DNA of 64,000 nucleotides, from the IMG/VR virus record IMGVR_UViG_3300032093_000081; one strand, 5' to 3'. Within the stretch, counting starts at the first letter, position 1. Each line of letters starts with the position of its first letter. Below, one piece after another: positions 38,701-47,412 of this stretch. Below the pieces are notes generated by a model, which made no database searches, had not been told where the DNA came from, and saw only the letters and a list, made by a program, of their open reading frames with translations. A program made the position numbers and the translations under genes. The DNA is from an uncultured virus (IMG/VR IMGVR_UViG_3300032093_000081) (lineage: Duplodnaviria > Heunggongvirae > Uroviricota > Caudoviricetes).

Positions 38701-41175
38701 TCCTGTCTTTGCAACTTTGCCGCTAACTATAAGCCCCTTTTTAACTTTATAAGCTGTTTGAGCTAATAATTTTTTAGAGGCTGGGGACAAATCAGGAATA
38801 ATACTTACCAAGTCCATATAGTCTTGTAAGTTTTTAAAAGGCCTTCCTGCAAATCTTAAAAAGGCACTTTCTTTTGGAAGATACCTTTGGGCGCTAATTA
38901 TATCAATATCAGGAAAGAATCCTTCAGTTAATCCTTCTATTGCAGAACTCCACCATGCTAATACTTTGGCTTTCTTTTCAACGTCATCTACTTTGTTTGC
39001 ATATAACTCTTTAACAGTTTGACGATAAATGCTGGGATAAGTACTTGCAGTTACTGCTAAGAAAGTAGGAACACGAGATTCTAAAAGCCCAATGCCGAAT
39101 TTTGCCAGCCCCGTATTGTTAGAAGCAGTGGCACGTATAGTGGTTCTCCATATTTGCTGTGCAGTCTTACCGGCAGTTAACTCTGCATACTTAGCAAGAC
39201 GTGCTGTCTTTAATACAGAGTCTGCTGTTTTAGCAGCCCTAGCAGCTAAAATGCCTTTAACAGTTAATCCGCCTATTGACATTAAACCCCCACTAAGAAG
39301 CATAGAAGGAAGCTGTTGAGCAAGTACAGGCCCCATATTTCGGCCAATGCCTCTACCCATTTTAAATCCTAAGAAAGCATTGTCGTCAAAGTAAAAGAAT
39401 TGGTCTGCGCTAATAATTCTTCCTACTTGAGCACTTGCTATTTTGTCAATAACTGGATAATCGTCACTTTGAATGTATTCTTTTAAACTAGACTTGATTT
39501 CGTTTTGATAGTCTTGGACTGTCTTTCCTCCTTCAGCAGGAAGTTCTACTCCTCCAGCAGTAAGCTTTGCCCGCTTAATTGCCATATCATATGCAGAACT
39601 TACTTGCCAGTTTCTAATCCCTCTAGGAATAGTCTCAACAATACCAGAAACTAAATCATTTAAAAAAGTAATATTTCGGATGTCATAAGGAGCCCTTTCT
39701 AGTCCAGCATTTAAATCTGCTGCAGCTTGTTGTTTGGCTTGAGCCGCAATGCCTTCTTTTGCGTTGTTTAATCTCCAATCTGTTTTATTGTCTATTTGTA
39801 AATCAGTTTCAATAAGCGCTTTTCCTATTTCAGAGTTCTCTTTTAGTTTAGAGGCGACTGCATTAATCTGAGTATTATAACCATCTACTATTTTTTGTTT
39901 TTCCGGGTTAGTTAAATTTTCAAAATTAGGAAAATTCTCTACTTCTTGTAAAAGCTCTTCTACTTTTTTTGTTCCTTTTATTTGTTGGTTTACTATTTCA
40001 TTGCCTATAGCATTCATCAATTTTGCATTGATGCTTACTAAATCTTCAGAGATAGCTCGTTGTTGTTGGACAGCTACTCCATTAATTGCCGATTCTGATT
40101 CGTCTTTTGAATTAAGATAAGTCAGGAACGCTTGCCCATAATCTGTACGAGTAGGAGGCTTATTAGGGTCATCTAACCTATGATTACTAAGATATGTTAA
40201 TGAAGATAATATATCATTTTCAGACTGGCCTAAAACCGAAGAGATTCTTCCTAAAATATTTTTTTGAACATCTGCTGGTACTGGCTGCCCACTAAGAATA
40301 GGCTGAATAAGTTCTTTTGCTTTTGGATTATTTAAAACAGCCTGTGCTACTAGTTGTAGATTTTGTCCCTCAATGATTTGGTCAATCTGCTGTAAAGCTA
40401 ATTGATACTTCTCTTTGTTTTTATTTTTTTGTACTTCTTCTTTTTGTAAATCTACTTTATAACGCCCTGTTACTACTTCAGGTTCTATCACTATGCCTTT
40501 TAATTCATTTTCTAATTTATATTTTAAAGCAAAGGCTTTATCGATTTTTTCCGATTGAGGAATTTGAGGGTCAAATAAACTAGAAAAATCTTCTGAAGAA
40601 GTACGGTTGGTTTGAACTCTCTCTTCAAATAAATTCTTTTGATAATTTAATTGTCGAGAGTTTGGATTCACCCAATCTGTAATAGGGTCAGGTAAAGGCG
40701 CCTCCATTTCTCTTAAATAATTTCCTCTAGTAGAAGGAATAAAAAATGGAGAATCAGAACTAACTGTTTTATTGGTTCTAGGGGGTATTGTGCCTCCCGG
40801 TAAAACTACTGGCTTTGAAGTATTTGTAATCTTAAAAGCATTTTGCGCTTCTTCTGGAGTATTTACTTTAATAGGTACGTTACTTTTTTGAGGAGAAACT
40901 AAACTTGATGTATTAACTTCAGAACTACTGTTTGTACTTGGCGCGGGCTGAGAAGATATTAATCCTTCTGTTGAAGCAACACTTGAAGTCGAACTAACAT
41001 TAGTCCCAGCATTAGAAAAAAGAGAGGAATAGTATTTTCGATAAGAATCTCTTATTTCTGTACTTTCATTTTGAAATTTTCGGATTATTTCATTTTCAAC
41101 TATGTCTCCTGCTTCACTAGGAGTATACCCTTTTTTGATTAAGGAAAGTTGACGTAGATAATCTATGTTTGGCAT
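32758..41175 (-). CDS. Giant putative ejected protein with UvrD-like SF1 helicase and PD-(D/E)xK nuclease (2805 aa)
   Basis: Helicase motifs PTAEQ, ALAGTGKT, VFN, DEAQD, VGDENQAIY, SWRF, TAHKSKGGEWDNV, YVAITRA; then GVPDII...IVDMK...QQRTY. Gly/Ala hydrophobic segments in the N-terminal third. Confidence 0.88.
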   Translation of the reverse strand: MPNIDYLRQLSLIKKGYTPSEAGDIVENEIIRKFQNESTEIRDSYRKYYSSLFSNAGTNVSSTSSVASTEGLISSQPAPSTNSSSEVNTSSLVSPQKSNVPIKVNTPEEAQNAFKITNTSKPVVLPGGTIPPRTNKTVSSDSPFFIPSTRGNYLREMEAPLPDPITDWVNPNSRQLNYQKNLFEERVQTNRTSSEDFSSLFDPQIPQSEKIDKAFALKYKLENELKGIVIEPEVVTGRYKVDLQKEEVQKNKNKEKYQLALQQIDQIIEGQNLQLVAQAVLNNPKAKELIQPILSGQPVPADVQKNILGRISSVLGQSENDILSSLTYLSNHRLDDPNKPPTRTDYGQAFLTYLNSKDESESAINGVAVQQQRAISEDLVSINAKLMNAIGNEIVNQQIKGTKKVEELLQEVENFPNFENLTNPEKQKIVDGYNTQINAVASKLKENSEIGKALIETDLQIDNKTDWRLNNAKEGIAAQAKQQAAADLNAGLERAPYDIRNITFLNDLVSGIVETIPRGIRNWQVSSAYDMAIKRAKLTAGGVELPAEGGKTVQDYQNEIKSSLKEYIQSDDYPVIDKIASAQVGRIISADQFFYFDDNAFLGFKMGRGIGRNMGPVLAQQLPSMLLSGGLMSIGGLTVKGILAARAAKTADSVLKTARLAKYAELTAGKTAQQIWRTTIRATASNNTGLAKFGIGLLESRVPTFLAVTASTYPSIYRQTVKELYANKVDDVEKKAKVLAWWSSAIEGLTEGFFPDIDIISAQRYLPKESAFLRFAGRPFKNLQDYMDLVSIIPDLSPASKKLLAQTAYKVKKGLIVSGKVAKTGYKIGFNPGEGFEEVVAELGNHFLNSVYATERGADAEELSPESLINAFAGGAFMTAPMGAVRAGSFYRENDIQSAYRMANSPEFYKDKINKSLQKGKISQEQAIKALAQIDNYTKIVKSKPFRNLVDESTFMEDEEAQYDYFRAVLNKVGNDAFTLDSKDFAKLSDEDKEAYIKNAEEISKDIENYERRSSAFEKLTEQEKKTRLIDIAKKNVTAYFPVTSLRELEKKKEEHERERAVAQINYKESFDKVKEPLDFVISEVDRVYQERVQAIQEAKDNGTLNPLLEDAYAEEGQEKQAGIDAMDLNEVEKLLIQASLNPDTEGILDEAFQILGMYQEAEETKNEVEKQVLKEIAKRRGTPTAQLTETDLTPEEIEYLIEQKQKAEDIFDRIVQKGNSFIEALIKKFEPMIRANKITGEEIFNRLLSPEMYYSLLFLKNAEISQKEFVDFESFNELWNRTTDFREGFIEDQKKQQEEAREAQRKEEAKRAQDALEAKEREEEKTPEELEDDSTPPQETDLKVDRVAAITDFNRNLKTQADYYTDPNSSSKNKKTSKRKLRSYILGALNKEQAIARAMFVASLKNEDTPELEALLNRLFSAPAEFFAEETNNDLLNNFEVGKLLSSKKNDIPAFTNSVIVEEVVEPKEEQIEEEKVEEKEKVEETPEEPTESEDTSKFEDSENYKFSYFISYSNRDRKDPKSKNHIFAKAAQKVTIQILNNRPLYKIQVTDLFSFLKNNKKAQAVTQLEKYYNEYLNLKQEGDSSKLKEFRQEVTKFFETTFSGILPPKELDYHLNKIFFGNYNGIGEKTTSEKQGFKDLNVILGYVTKDGNIVRFDDEGNVNDSGPNLYTLTISRDEKYKSARLGNAIRKHVRDRGEVSISDLSIDFGYDYTTNEESVGFTASIPDVDTALQALEEVNTLPIVKVKPAVVPVVETPVEPKIEEQKPTAPTDAKADLEAKKADIERRRQGENNRFPSGETTFKKINPDGENTEVTDKQKATIERVIDGNIKDGKTPAQIVEILNQAGYTVLFGNETTTLMNYLEDRISGAITTPFFEFNNKLRDKINAKYDAELAALESSAPQVEENITSQEEVDSNVSPLDIISGAASVQEEAPVAGAKKFTPTAEQQAVIDAAKKGGNVVVRALAGTGKTTTLIQTMEALAPNLPEGKRILYVVFNRSAKEEAKAKMARFGNKVEVRTRDSLARQALLNDLRTSHLPEKAGRQLKAETKVHFKDELRILDLKDKKIGSRVKAKHSILKLIKQIVDEYAIGSDTSIKMELVEKVMLQNKTFSKEVENNYVTADEYTYILELAQKYWQLSLSTNSEIPFRISHYMKVWSSLPHDLSSEYSVIMMDEAQDINPVTGEIFNNQPTQLIYVGDENQAIYEFIGATNQLENIVAENDLPLSTSWRFGPEIAELGNIILNYLGSNLRLKGKGGESKISQSKISDPNVIISRTNSGAIDFISAYVEQGKRVGIYSKQREQLFNLIAEIKWLKDKKGKNRPPVEDSPFDIYNTWDEVLESKENDPALTKILKLTNNGQTEELEELLKKTINIPEENPYSAEPYDILVTTAHKSKGGEWDNVQIADDFKPLSKTKWPGTQEFNLAYVAITRAKKNIGLGSLNQWIKTLESLEKESKEKPKGDSAPQQKSQPSAKTPTAPAAPTAPPPQPSPQPPVRREGPMPDKAQGNSAFEFAISSVKNLIKFSEKVGEPELTPAGNRVYVIGGKNYISQSAYNKKGDIEKTALLEDAVVMGDINDIIGRDVLGGVSLGEIEKYIPSVLEQVKAKQNLPELPKVDNEQIIKYIEELTALKNEWQMNGYTIFTDKVVLYADLQESFESKGETFEGVAGVPDIILVHDSGSVHIVDMKNIKFGSARDDIKPKFNEKRNGWETQQRTYIHLAQGILPKILSIGILGAKTSYEGKTLKNIGLLDLQPYGVKAQDTSISMVGRLGTNFAPSPFVSRPNVIFVENNSNPTNNSNNC

Positions 41176-41184
41176 AATTACCTA

Positions 41185-41192
41185 CAAATATA
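41185..41192 (-). promoter_or_regulatory. Bacteroidetes-type -7 promoter element
   Basis: TATATTTG 9 nt before ATG 41175. Confidence 0.6.
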
Positions 41193-41212
41193 AAGGGTAA
41201 GAATCTTTTTTA

Positions 41213-42934
41213 TTAATCCTCTTCTGGAGCAGGCTGTTTTAAATTAGTGTTGTACTTCTGATTATAAGCTTTTACTCCGGGATTGTTTGCCCAAGCCGTT
41301 GAATCTAACATTCCTGATTCCGATAATGACATAGCATTTGCAAGTTCTTTATTCATAGCTGCGGTTTCTGGGTCACTTCCTCCTTTTTTTGGCCTTCTTA
41401 TTTGGTATGCACGTAAATCTAATAATTGCCCAACAGTCATTCTTGATAATTGAGCTTTATTAGTAATAAAAGTAGAAATAGGTTGACCAGCTTGTGCGAA
41501 TCTTTCTACTCCAAAATCAATAATGTCAGAGTCAGAAGTATTAGTTATTTGGGTCTCTAAGTTATTCAACTTATTCCATAATGCTCCATAATAACGTTGT
41601 TCTTTAGAATTATTTGTTTTATTGTATCTTTCTTTTATAAGAACTTTTAACTGTCCGATATTATTATAAATAGGTTTGTTATTTTCGTCTAATTCAATAA
41701 CTGGCTTTTCAAGTAAATTTTCTCCTGAACTATTTATTGCTAAATTTTCTAAACTTTTAGCACTAAAATCCCAAGCAGCTGCGTTACCTGTTACCTCAGT
41801 GGCTTCCATCAGTTGTTTTAATTGAGCGCTAGCAATATCAAAACTTGCTTGCTCCCTCATTTTGCTCATTTCAAGATTATAATCCATTTGTTTAAGGAAC
41901 ACTTTATCATCTCTTACTTCCTGAGTGGTTTTTGTGTATGCGGCTTTTTCTGCTAATTGTCCAATAAACCTATTGCGGAAAATAGTCAAATAGTAATCAG
42001 GATTGTATTGGTCTGCGGGTAGCTTTATTTCGTCTTCTAGAACTTTTTTGGTTCTAGTAGACTCTTTAATAATTTCATTTGCTCTAATAAAGTCTGCTTC
42101 GTATTTTTTCTTATCAGCGGCAGATAATGAATTATAATCAGCTAAAAATTGTTGACTTCTGACAAGAAGCATCTCAGTCTGTTCTAACTGAGCAAGCTGC
42201 GTTTCTTTTACTACTTTATAAGTATTCTCTTTGCCCATTCTTATCATTTCTGCTTTAGCATGAATGTTTACTTGTTGTTGATGCTCAGGAGAAAGATTTT
42301 GTATTCTTCTTCTTACTTCTTCGGCAGTTTTCTCTTCTATTTGTTTTACGTTTAAAAGGCCATTTCCCATTTTGGAAACTTCTGCTCTTACAGATGCTTC
42401 TACTTCTTTTTCTATTTTTAGAATTTCTTCCGATACATCTGTGTATGGACTGTAAGTAACGCCACTATTTACTTTAGAATCTAACCCTCCTTCTTTTTCA
42501 TACTCATAGATATCATTCATAAACACAAGGTCATTATCGGCATTACGAAACTTTTCATCCATAGATTGGAGTTCTTTAGCTCTGCGTTCTTTTTCTTTTC
42601 CCCACTTTAGTCCGTTTACAATGTATTTGTCGTTTTCAAACGTTTTTCCAATATTGAGTACACTGGCAAGGTTTGCTTTATTAGAAAAGTCTAAGCCAGC
42701 ATTTTCTTTTATTGCGCCTGTAAGCTTTTTGAGTTCTTGGTCAAAATAATTACGGGCGTTGTCATTAATAAGATAACTACGTAATCTTCCATAAGTATCT
42801 ACTGCATCTTTAACTGCAGCTAAGTTTTGGTCGGCTAAGTCTTGGCGTACTTGTGCATTTTTGAGAATATCCTCAGATTGCAGTATAGGCTTATACTCAC
42901 CAAAATCTATTTGTTGTTTTTGATGACTAATCAT
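41213..42934 (-). CDS. Helical internal virion/cargo protein (573 aa)
   Basis: Lies between the cargo-1-like gene and the giant genes; coiled-coil character; no Cys seen. Confidence 0.65.
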   Translation of the reverse strand: MISHQKQQIDFGEYKPILQSEDILKNAQVRQDLADQNLAAVKDAVDTYGRLRSYLINDNARNYFDQELKKLTGAIKENAGLDFSNKANLASVLNIGKTFENDKYIVNGLKWGKEKERRAKELQSMDEKFRNADNDLVFMNDIYEYEKEGGLDSKVNSGVTYSPYTDVSEEILKIEKEVEASVRAEVSKMGNGLLNVKQIEEKTAEEVRRRIQNLSPEHQQQVNIHAKAEMIRMGKENTYKVVKETQLAQLEQTEMLLVRSQQFLADYNSLSAADKKKYEADFIRANEIIKESTRTKKVLEDEIKLPADQYNPDYYLTIFRNRFIGQLAEKAAYTKTTQEVRDDKVFLKQMDYNLEMSKMREQASFDIASAQLKQLMEATEVTGNAAAWDFSAKSLENLAINSSGENLLEKPVIELDENNKPIYNNIGQLKVLIKERYNKTNNSKEQRYYGALWNKLNNLETQITNTSDSDIIDFGVERFAQAGQPISTFITNKAQLSRMTVGQLLDLRAYQIRRPKKGGSDPETAAMNKELANAMSLSESGMLDSTAWANNPGVKAYNQKYNTNLKQPAPEED

Positions 42935-45900
42935 TATTCTGGCTCATTAGAGTTTTTAGAAGAAGATTTTTTCTTTTTTTCTTCTTGGGGTCGTAAAGCT
43001 AGATATTGCTGTTCGTTAGGAATCAAGAATCCTTCTTGGTTCATAAGAGTAGAATTTAAGTTTCCCATCATGGCTTCATTGTACCCGGGCACAAGAGTAG
43101 ATTCCATTGTTCTTGCGTCAAAATCATATCCTCGGCTAACTAAAGGGAAGTTCATAGCTGTTCTTGCTTCATTAGCTTGATAAGTTTGGTATTTTTCTAC
43201 CATGCTCTGCAATGCCCTAATATCATTTTCTGCCTTGTTAGATTTGGCTAAGTTTAAAAATTCATTATTTACTTTGGATAATCCATTAGTATTGAATTCA
43301 TCTGCTTGTCTTTCAAACTCAGCATTTTTCATCCGAGTTTGATAATCAATGTTTGCATCTTGATTTCGTTTATCGGCCTGTAGTTTGAGTACGTTTGCCG
43401 TAGCATTGATAAACATTGCATTAGGGTCTGCACCATACGAGCTACCGGCCATAGCAGCAGTATATTGGTCTTGTACAGCAGGGTCAATATAAGTCTCGTA
43501 TGGCGTTACTCGGATGTCTTGTATTTCAGGGATAGCATACGGAGCTACGTTCTGACTCATAGCAAGTACGTTTGAAAGAATTTGCTTGTTGTCAAAAGGA
43601 CGCGGAGTATACTTAGCAGGCCTTACAGGAGCAGCTGGGGTGTATTCATTCCCCGGCGCTTCTACTTTTACTGGCTCTTTAGGAACTTGTTCTGTATAAG
43701 CAGGGGCTACAACATATTCTTTACCTAATTGACCAATAGTTGTATTTCCCAACCAGCCGTCTACAGGGCTAATAGGAGCCCCTTCATACATTTGGTCTTC
43801 TTTTCCTACAGGCCCAAAATTAAACTTAAAGTTATCGTCCTCTCCATAAACTTTGTTAAATCTGTATAAGCCGCGATAGACTTTTTGAAAGTCTTTTACT
43901 CCTTCCTCATCAAACAATTGTTTTGCCCCTGATATTTTCGAGTTTATAAAATAATTACCGTTATTATCCTTTGACAATGAACCGCTGGTAAAAATCCCTA
44001 ATTCTTCAGGATTAATTCCTAGGGATTTGAAAGATTCGCTCTGTAAATACTTTTCTATTACTTCTTTTCTTTTTACATCCCCGACTTTTTTATCCATTGT
44101 TTTGTCAAGGTGGTCTGTATTACCTAATACTCTGAAGTAATAATCGTTAAGACCAGTAAGAAATTGATTTACTTTGTCCGATTTTTCGATTGCTGATTTT
44201 ATTTTTTCCGGACTCGAAATATCAAACCCTTGGGCCTTTAAAATATCTAACATTTCAACCCTTGTTTTTTCGTTTTTAGGGTCAGTTGCTCTTGTAAAAA
44301 TCTCAGTATAGTTTTTTGGGGGAGTAATTTGAGGAGTTTTTTTTGGTGTTTGTCCTGTCCCTCCTCCGTTTTGATATTTAATCATACCGTTTCCTGCTAT
44401 TGCCATTTCTCCTGATTCTCCTGTATCTGGGTCTACTGTGTCTACGTAATCTTCTCCGTGGTTGCCGTTAACAGATTGCTGTAGTTCAAAAAGCTCATTA
44501 AGCGATTTTACTGTTTTGGTAAACATTAACTGAGCAGTGTCTTTGTCTACTTTGGCAAGACCTACCTTGTTCATTTTTTCCATATAGTCTTCTATCTTTC
44601 CCGATAGAGACTTAGCCATATTGGCAAAAGATTTTTTAGTTCCGGGTACTTTTAGTTTTTCAGAAAATACCATTGTGCCTTCAGGCAGAATAGTTTCTGT
44701 TCCTCCTACTTCTTGTCCATTGACAATACGAGAGTTGTGTTTTTCTCCTCCTACTTCACGAAACTTACCGTCAGGGTAAACTAGGTATTCTCCTTTTTCT
44801 ACAAGTGCGTTTTCTAAGCCTGTAGCTGTAGAGGGAATGCGAGCACCATGGCTTGCTGTAATAAGACCTTGGTTTCTTCCAATAGTTGTTCTGTTCATGT
44901 TGTCGTAGTATCCGGCGTAATAAGTAGGTCTCTGTCCTACTTCTCTCATTAAGTTAGCTTGAGCTTGTTCTTGCTGTAATCCTCTGGCTCTTCCTGATAT
45001 AACGGAAGCCCCTTCTAATCCTGCAATAACCCAATCGTTTTTGCTGTATAAAGGGTTCTTTTTTTCTTTTGCTTCAGGAACATCATATTGTTCTCGAGTA
45101 GTATATAAATCAGGTACTCCTCTTACTGGGGTTAAATTAGGATTTTCTAAATCATATATGTCCCACCTATCCTCCTGAGTTTGAGGAATTTGATAATTAG
45201 GGTCTCTAGAAAAAACATATGGTTGTTGTGGGTCTTTAGATTGAGGGCTTGAAGAAACATTATTATTTTCTGAAGATTCTAATTTGTCGGGCATTAGTGG
45301 CCCTACACTTATTTGAGGCTTTAATCTTTTTTGGTTTAGATTAACAACTTCATTATTTGTTGGAGAAATTACAGGGCTATTATTTTGAGGCTTTGGAGCT
45401 AAAGAGAAAGTAGGAGGATTATTAACTAAATTTTGTTCTGGAGATTTATCAAGTGTTTCAGGTAAAGGCGTGATAGGATTAATAGGAGATTCTATATTAT
45501 TCTGAACTAGATTTTCATTAGCCATAACTTTCGGACTTTGATAATCCAAAGAATTAGGCCTATTTAACGAAAAAGGAAGTGATTCTACTTCTTTAATATC
45601 TTGAGAATTTAACTTTGGTTTTCGACCAACTTTTGGGGAAGATAAATCTACAGGCTTTTCTACAGGTAAAGGCGTAGAAGGATTAGAAGGAGATTGAGGA
45701 GCGGTAGGAGAAGAGGGTAAACTACTATTACTTTTATTAGATACAGTTGTAGGAATATAAGATATTGGAGATGAAGGTAAATCCCCGGGCATGAAATTTT
45801 TTAGAGAATTGAAATAAGAAGGCTCGTAGTATGCGTCTTTAGATAGAGGAGGAGAAGGGGGAGTAGAATTATCTTGAAAAAGAATAGATTCTCCCCCTTC

Positions 45901-46899
45901 AGGTAAAGGAACTTGTCTACGATATTTTTCAGGTTTAAGTACAGGAGTTCTAGAAGGAAAATCTGCTAAATCCCCCATTTGTTCATTTGTCCATCCCCAA
46001 GAAATTGCATTATTGTATCTTTTTTTATCTGACTCGTAAACTTTCCATCTATCTAAATCCTCTTCATATTTATTAAGACCGCCTGGATATTCTTCATCTC
46101 TATCTCTAATAAGTTTATCAATTAGTTCAAAAGTTGGAGTTTTATTTATTAGATATCTATTAAAGTTATTTATGTAAACTTTAGGAGGAAGATAAGCCGG
46201 GCTATTTGCATAAGGAGAAGTTGGGTCCCATCTAACTGTTCCATTAAAAGCATCAATTGGATCAGTTTGAGGGTCATATACATTACGAGTATATCTAGGA
46301 TTATCGGTTCTGGGACCACACAAGTTTGGATACTGTGCACATAAATCTAAATCTCCCGAATTAGTAAAATAGACTTGACTTGTACTTGATAAAGAAGTTG
46401 GGTCATTTGCTGGCGGCTTATTGTTATAAAACATATTAAGCCTTCCTAAATCATGATACATATCATAATTAGGTATATCAGCAAATCTCGGAATTATTGA
46501 TTTTTGTATTCCTTCTTGTGGCATTCTGCCTTTTGCACGAAGAAGAAGTTCACCTAATTGTTTATAATCGTCTTCTGTTAATTTATCAACATTTTTTAAT
46601 CTGGATACAAGGTCTTTTACATCAGAGGTGTATCCCCCCTTATCTTGAACTTCCCCCCATTCTTTAGGATGGCCTAAAAGAGAAACTGCTTGTTTACCTA
46701 ACTCTAGAGGAGATTTGACAGCAGAAGGTCTTGAAGCCCATTGAATATTATCTTTTTTAGGAGGGTCAGTAACAAGTCCTGCATTTTGGTACATAGCCAT
46801 TCTTTCATCTTCCAATGCAGGGTAAGAAGTAAACATATACAACTCCTCCTTGGGAATTGGTTTAAGTTTAGATTTCGGGAAAGAAGACTTTTTAGCCAT
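42934..46899 (-). CDS. crAss cargo-protein-1-like internal protein with Pro/Ser/Asn-rich linker (1321 aa)
   Basis: VEKGEYL...GEKH...GGT...VFSEKLK motif recalled from crAss-like genes downstream of the muzzle; low-complexity region ~45240-45870. Confidence 0.65.
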   Translation of the reverse strand: MAKKSSFPKSKLKPIPKEELYMFTSYPALEDERMAMYQNAGLVTDPPKKDNIQWASRPSAVKSPLELGKQAVSLLGHPKEWGEVQDKGGYTSDVKDLVSRLKNVDKLTEDDYKQLGELLLRAKGRMPQEGIQKSIIPRFADIPNYDMYHDLGRLNMFYNNKPPANDPTSLSSTSQVYFTNSGDLDLCAQYPNLCGPRTDNPRYTRNVYDPQTDPIDAFNGTVRWDPTSPYANSPAYLPPKVYINNFNRYLINKTPTFELIDKLIRDRDEEYPGGLNKYEEDLDRWKVYESDKKRYNNAISWGWTNEQMGDLADFPSRTPVLKPEKYRRQVPLPEGGESILFQDNSTPPSPPLSKDAYYEPSYFNSLKNFMPGDLPSSPISYIPTTVSNKSNSSLPSSPTAPQSPSNPSTPLPVEKPVDLSSPKVGRKPKLNSQDIKEVESLPFSLNRPNSLDYQSPKVMANENLVQNNIESPINPITPLPETLDKSPEQNLVNNPPTFSLAPKPQNNSPVISPTNNEVVNLNQKRLKPQISVGPLMPDKLESSENNNVSSSPQSKDPQQPYVFSRDPNYQIPQTQEDRWDIYDLENPNLTPVRGVPDLYTTREQYDVPEAKEKKNPLYSKNDWVIAGLEGASVISGRARGLQQEQAQANLMREVGQRPTYYAGYYDNMNRTTIGRNQGLITASHGARIPSTATGLENALVEKGEYLVYPDGKFREVGGEKHNSRIVNGQEVGGTETILPEGTMVFSEKLKVPGTKKSFANMAKSLSGKIEDYMEKMNKVGLAKVDKDTAQLMFTKTVKSLNELFELQQSVNGNHGEDYVDTVDPDTGESGEMAIAGNGMIKYQNGGGTGQTPKKTPQITPPKNYTEIFTRATDPKNEKTRVEMLDILKAQGFDISSPEKIKSAIEKSDKVNQFLTGLNDYYFRVLGNTDHLDKTMDKKVGDVKRKEVIEKYLQSESFKSLGINPEELGIFTSGSLSKDNNGNYFINSKISGAKQLFDEEGVKDFQKVYRGLYRFNKVYGEDDNFKFNFGPVGKEDQMYEGAPISPVDGWLGNTTIGQLGKEYVVAPAYTEQVPKEPVKVEAPGNEYTPAAPVRPAKYTPRPFDNKQILSNVLAMSQNVAPYAIPEIQDIRVTPYETYIDPAVQDQYTAAMAGSSYGADPNAMFINATANVLKLQADKRNQDANIDYQTRMKNAEFERQADEFNTNGLSKVNNEFLNLAKSNKAENDIRALQSMVEKYQTYQANEARTAMNFPLVSRGYDFDARTMESTLVPGYNEAMMGNLNSTLMNQEGFLIPNEQQYLALRPQEEKKKKSSSKNSNEPE

Positions 46900-47387
46900 T
46901 ACTTTTTCTTCATTTTAGAAAGAGTTTTAGCTAAGTTAGCTTGGCGCTTTGTAGTAGTGCTTGCTTTTGACCCGGGCTTAGTTACTTTGTTAGCATAAGC
47001 AGATGTGCTCATCCCTGCAGATTTAGCTTTCTTAGTAAATGCTCCGGGGTTTTTGATTGCGTCTTTAATCCATTTTTTGCCACCTTTAGCAAAAGTAGAC
47101 ATAGGATTTCCAGCCGCGTCTACTGAAGGAGCATATTTACTGCTCATAGTTTTTTTTACTGGAGTAGTAGGAGCCATGTTACGAGAGTAAGTCATAGAAG
47201 GAGCTTCCTTCTTTATTTGTTCCATACTCTTTTTTACTTTTACTGGTTTAGGAGCCATACTTCCTCCATCAGCGTAAGTCATTTTCATGCCTTTTTTAGC
47301 ATATCCCATTTTGTTACGCACTTCAGTAGGGAGTTTAGAGAGTCCGGGATTCTTTTTAGAATCTACAGGTTTAAGGGATTTTTTCAT
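46899..47387 (-). CDS. Small very basic protein with [YF]xxGG motifs (162 aa)
   Basis: Likely ATG at 47387 (MKKSLKP); Lys-rich; YADGG, FAKGG, KWIKDAIKNPGAF...RQANLAKTL. Confidence 0.7.
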   Translation of the reverse strand: MKKSLKPVDSKKNPGLSKLPTEVRNKMGYAKKGMKMTYADGGSMAPKPVKVKKSMEQIKKEAPSMTYSRNMAPTTPVKKTMSSKYAPSVDAAGNPMSTFAKGGKKWIKDAIKNPGAFTKKAKSAGMSTSAYANKVTKPGSKASTTTKRQANLAKTLSKMKKK

Positions 47388-47412
47388 AGTTGTATGAAGT
47401 AGTAGGTTTAAA

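Noticed and set aside
24137..41175. Inteins or introns in the RNAP and helicase genes
   Set aside because: No C/S...HN splice motifs or LAGLIDADG/HNH signatures seen; the frames are uninterrupted and lack internal Cys.
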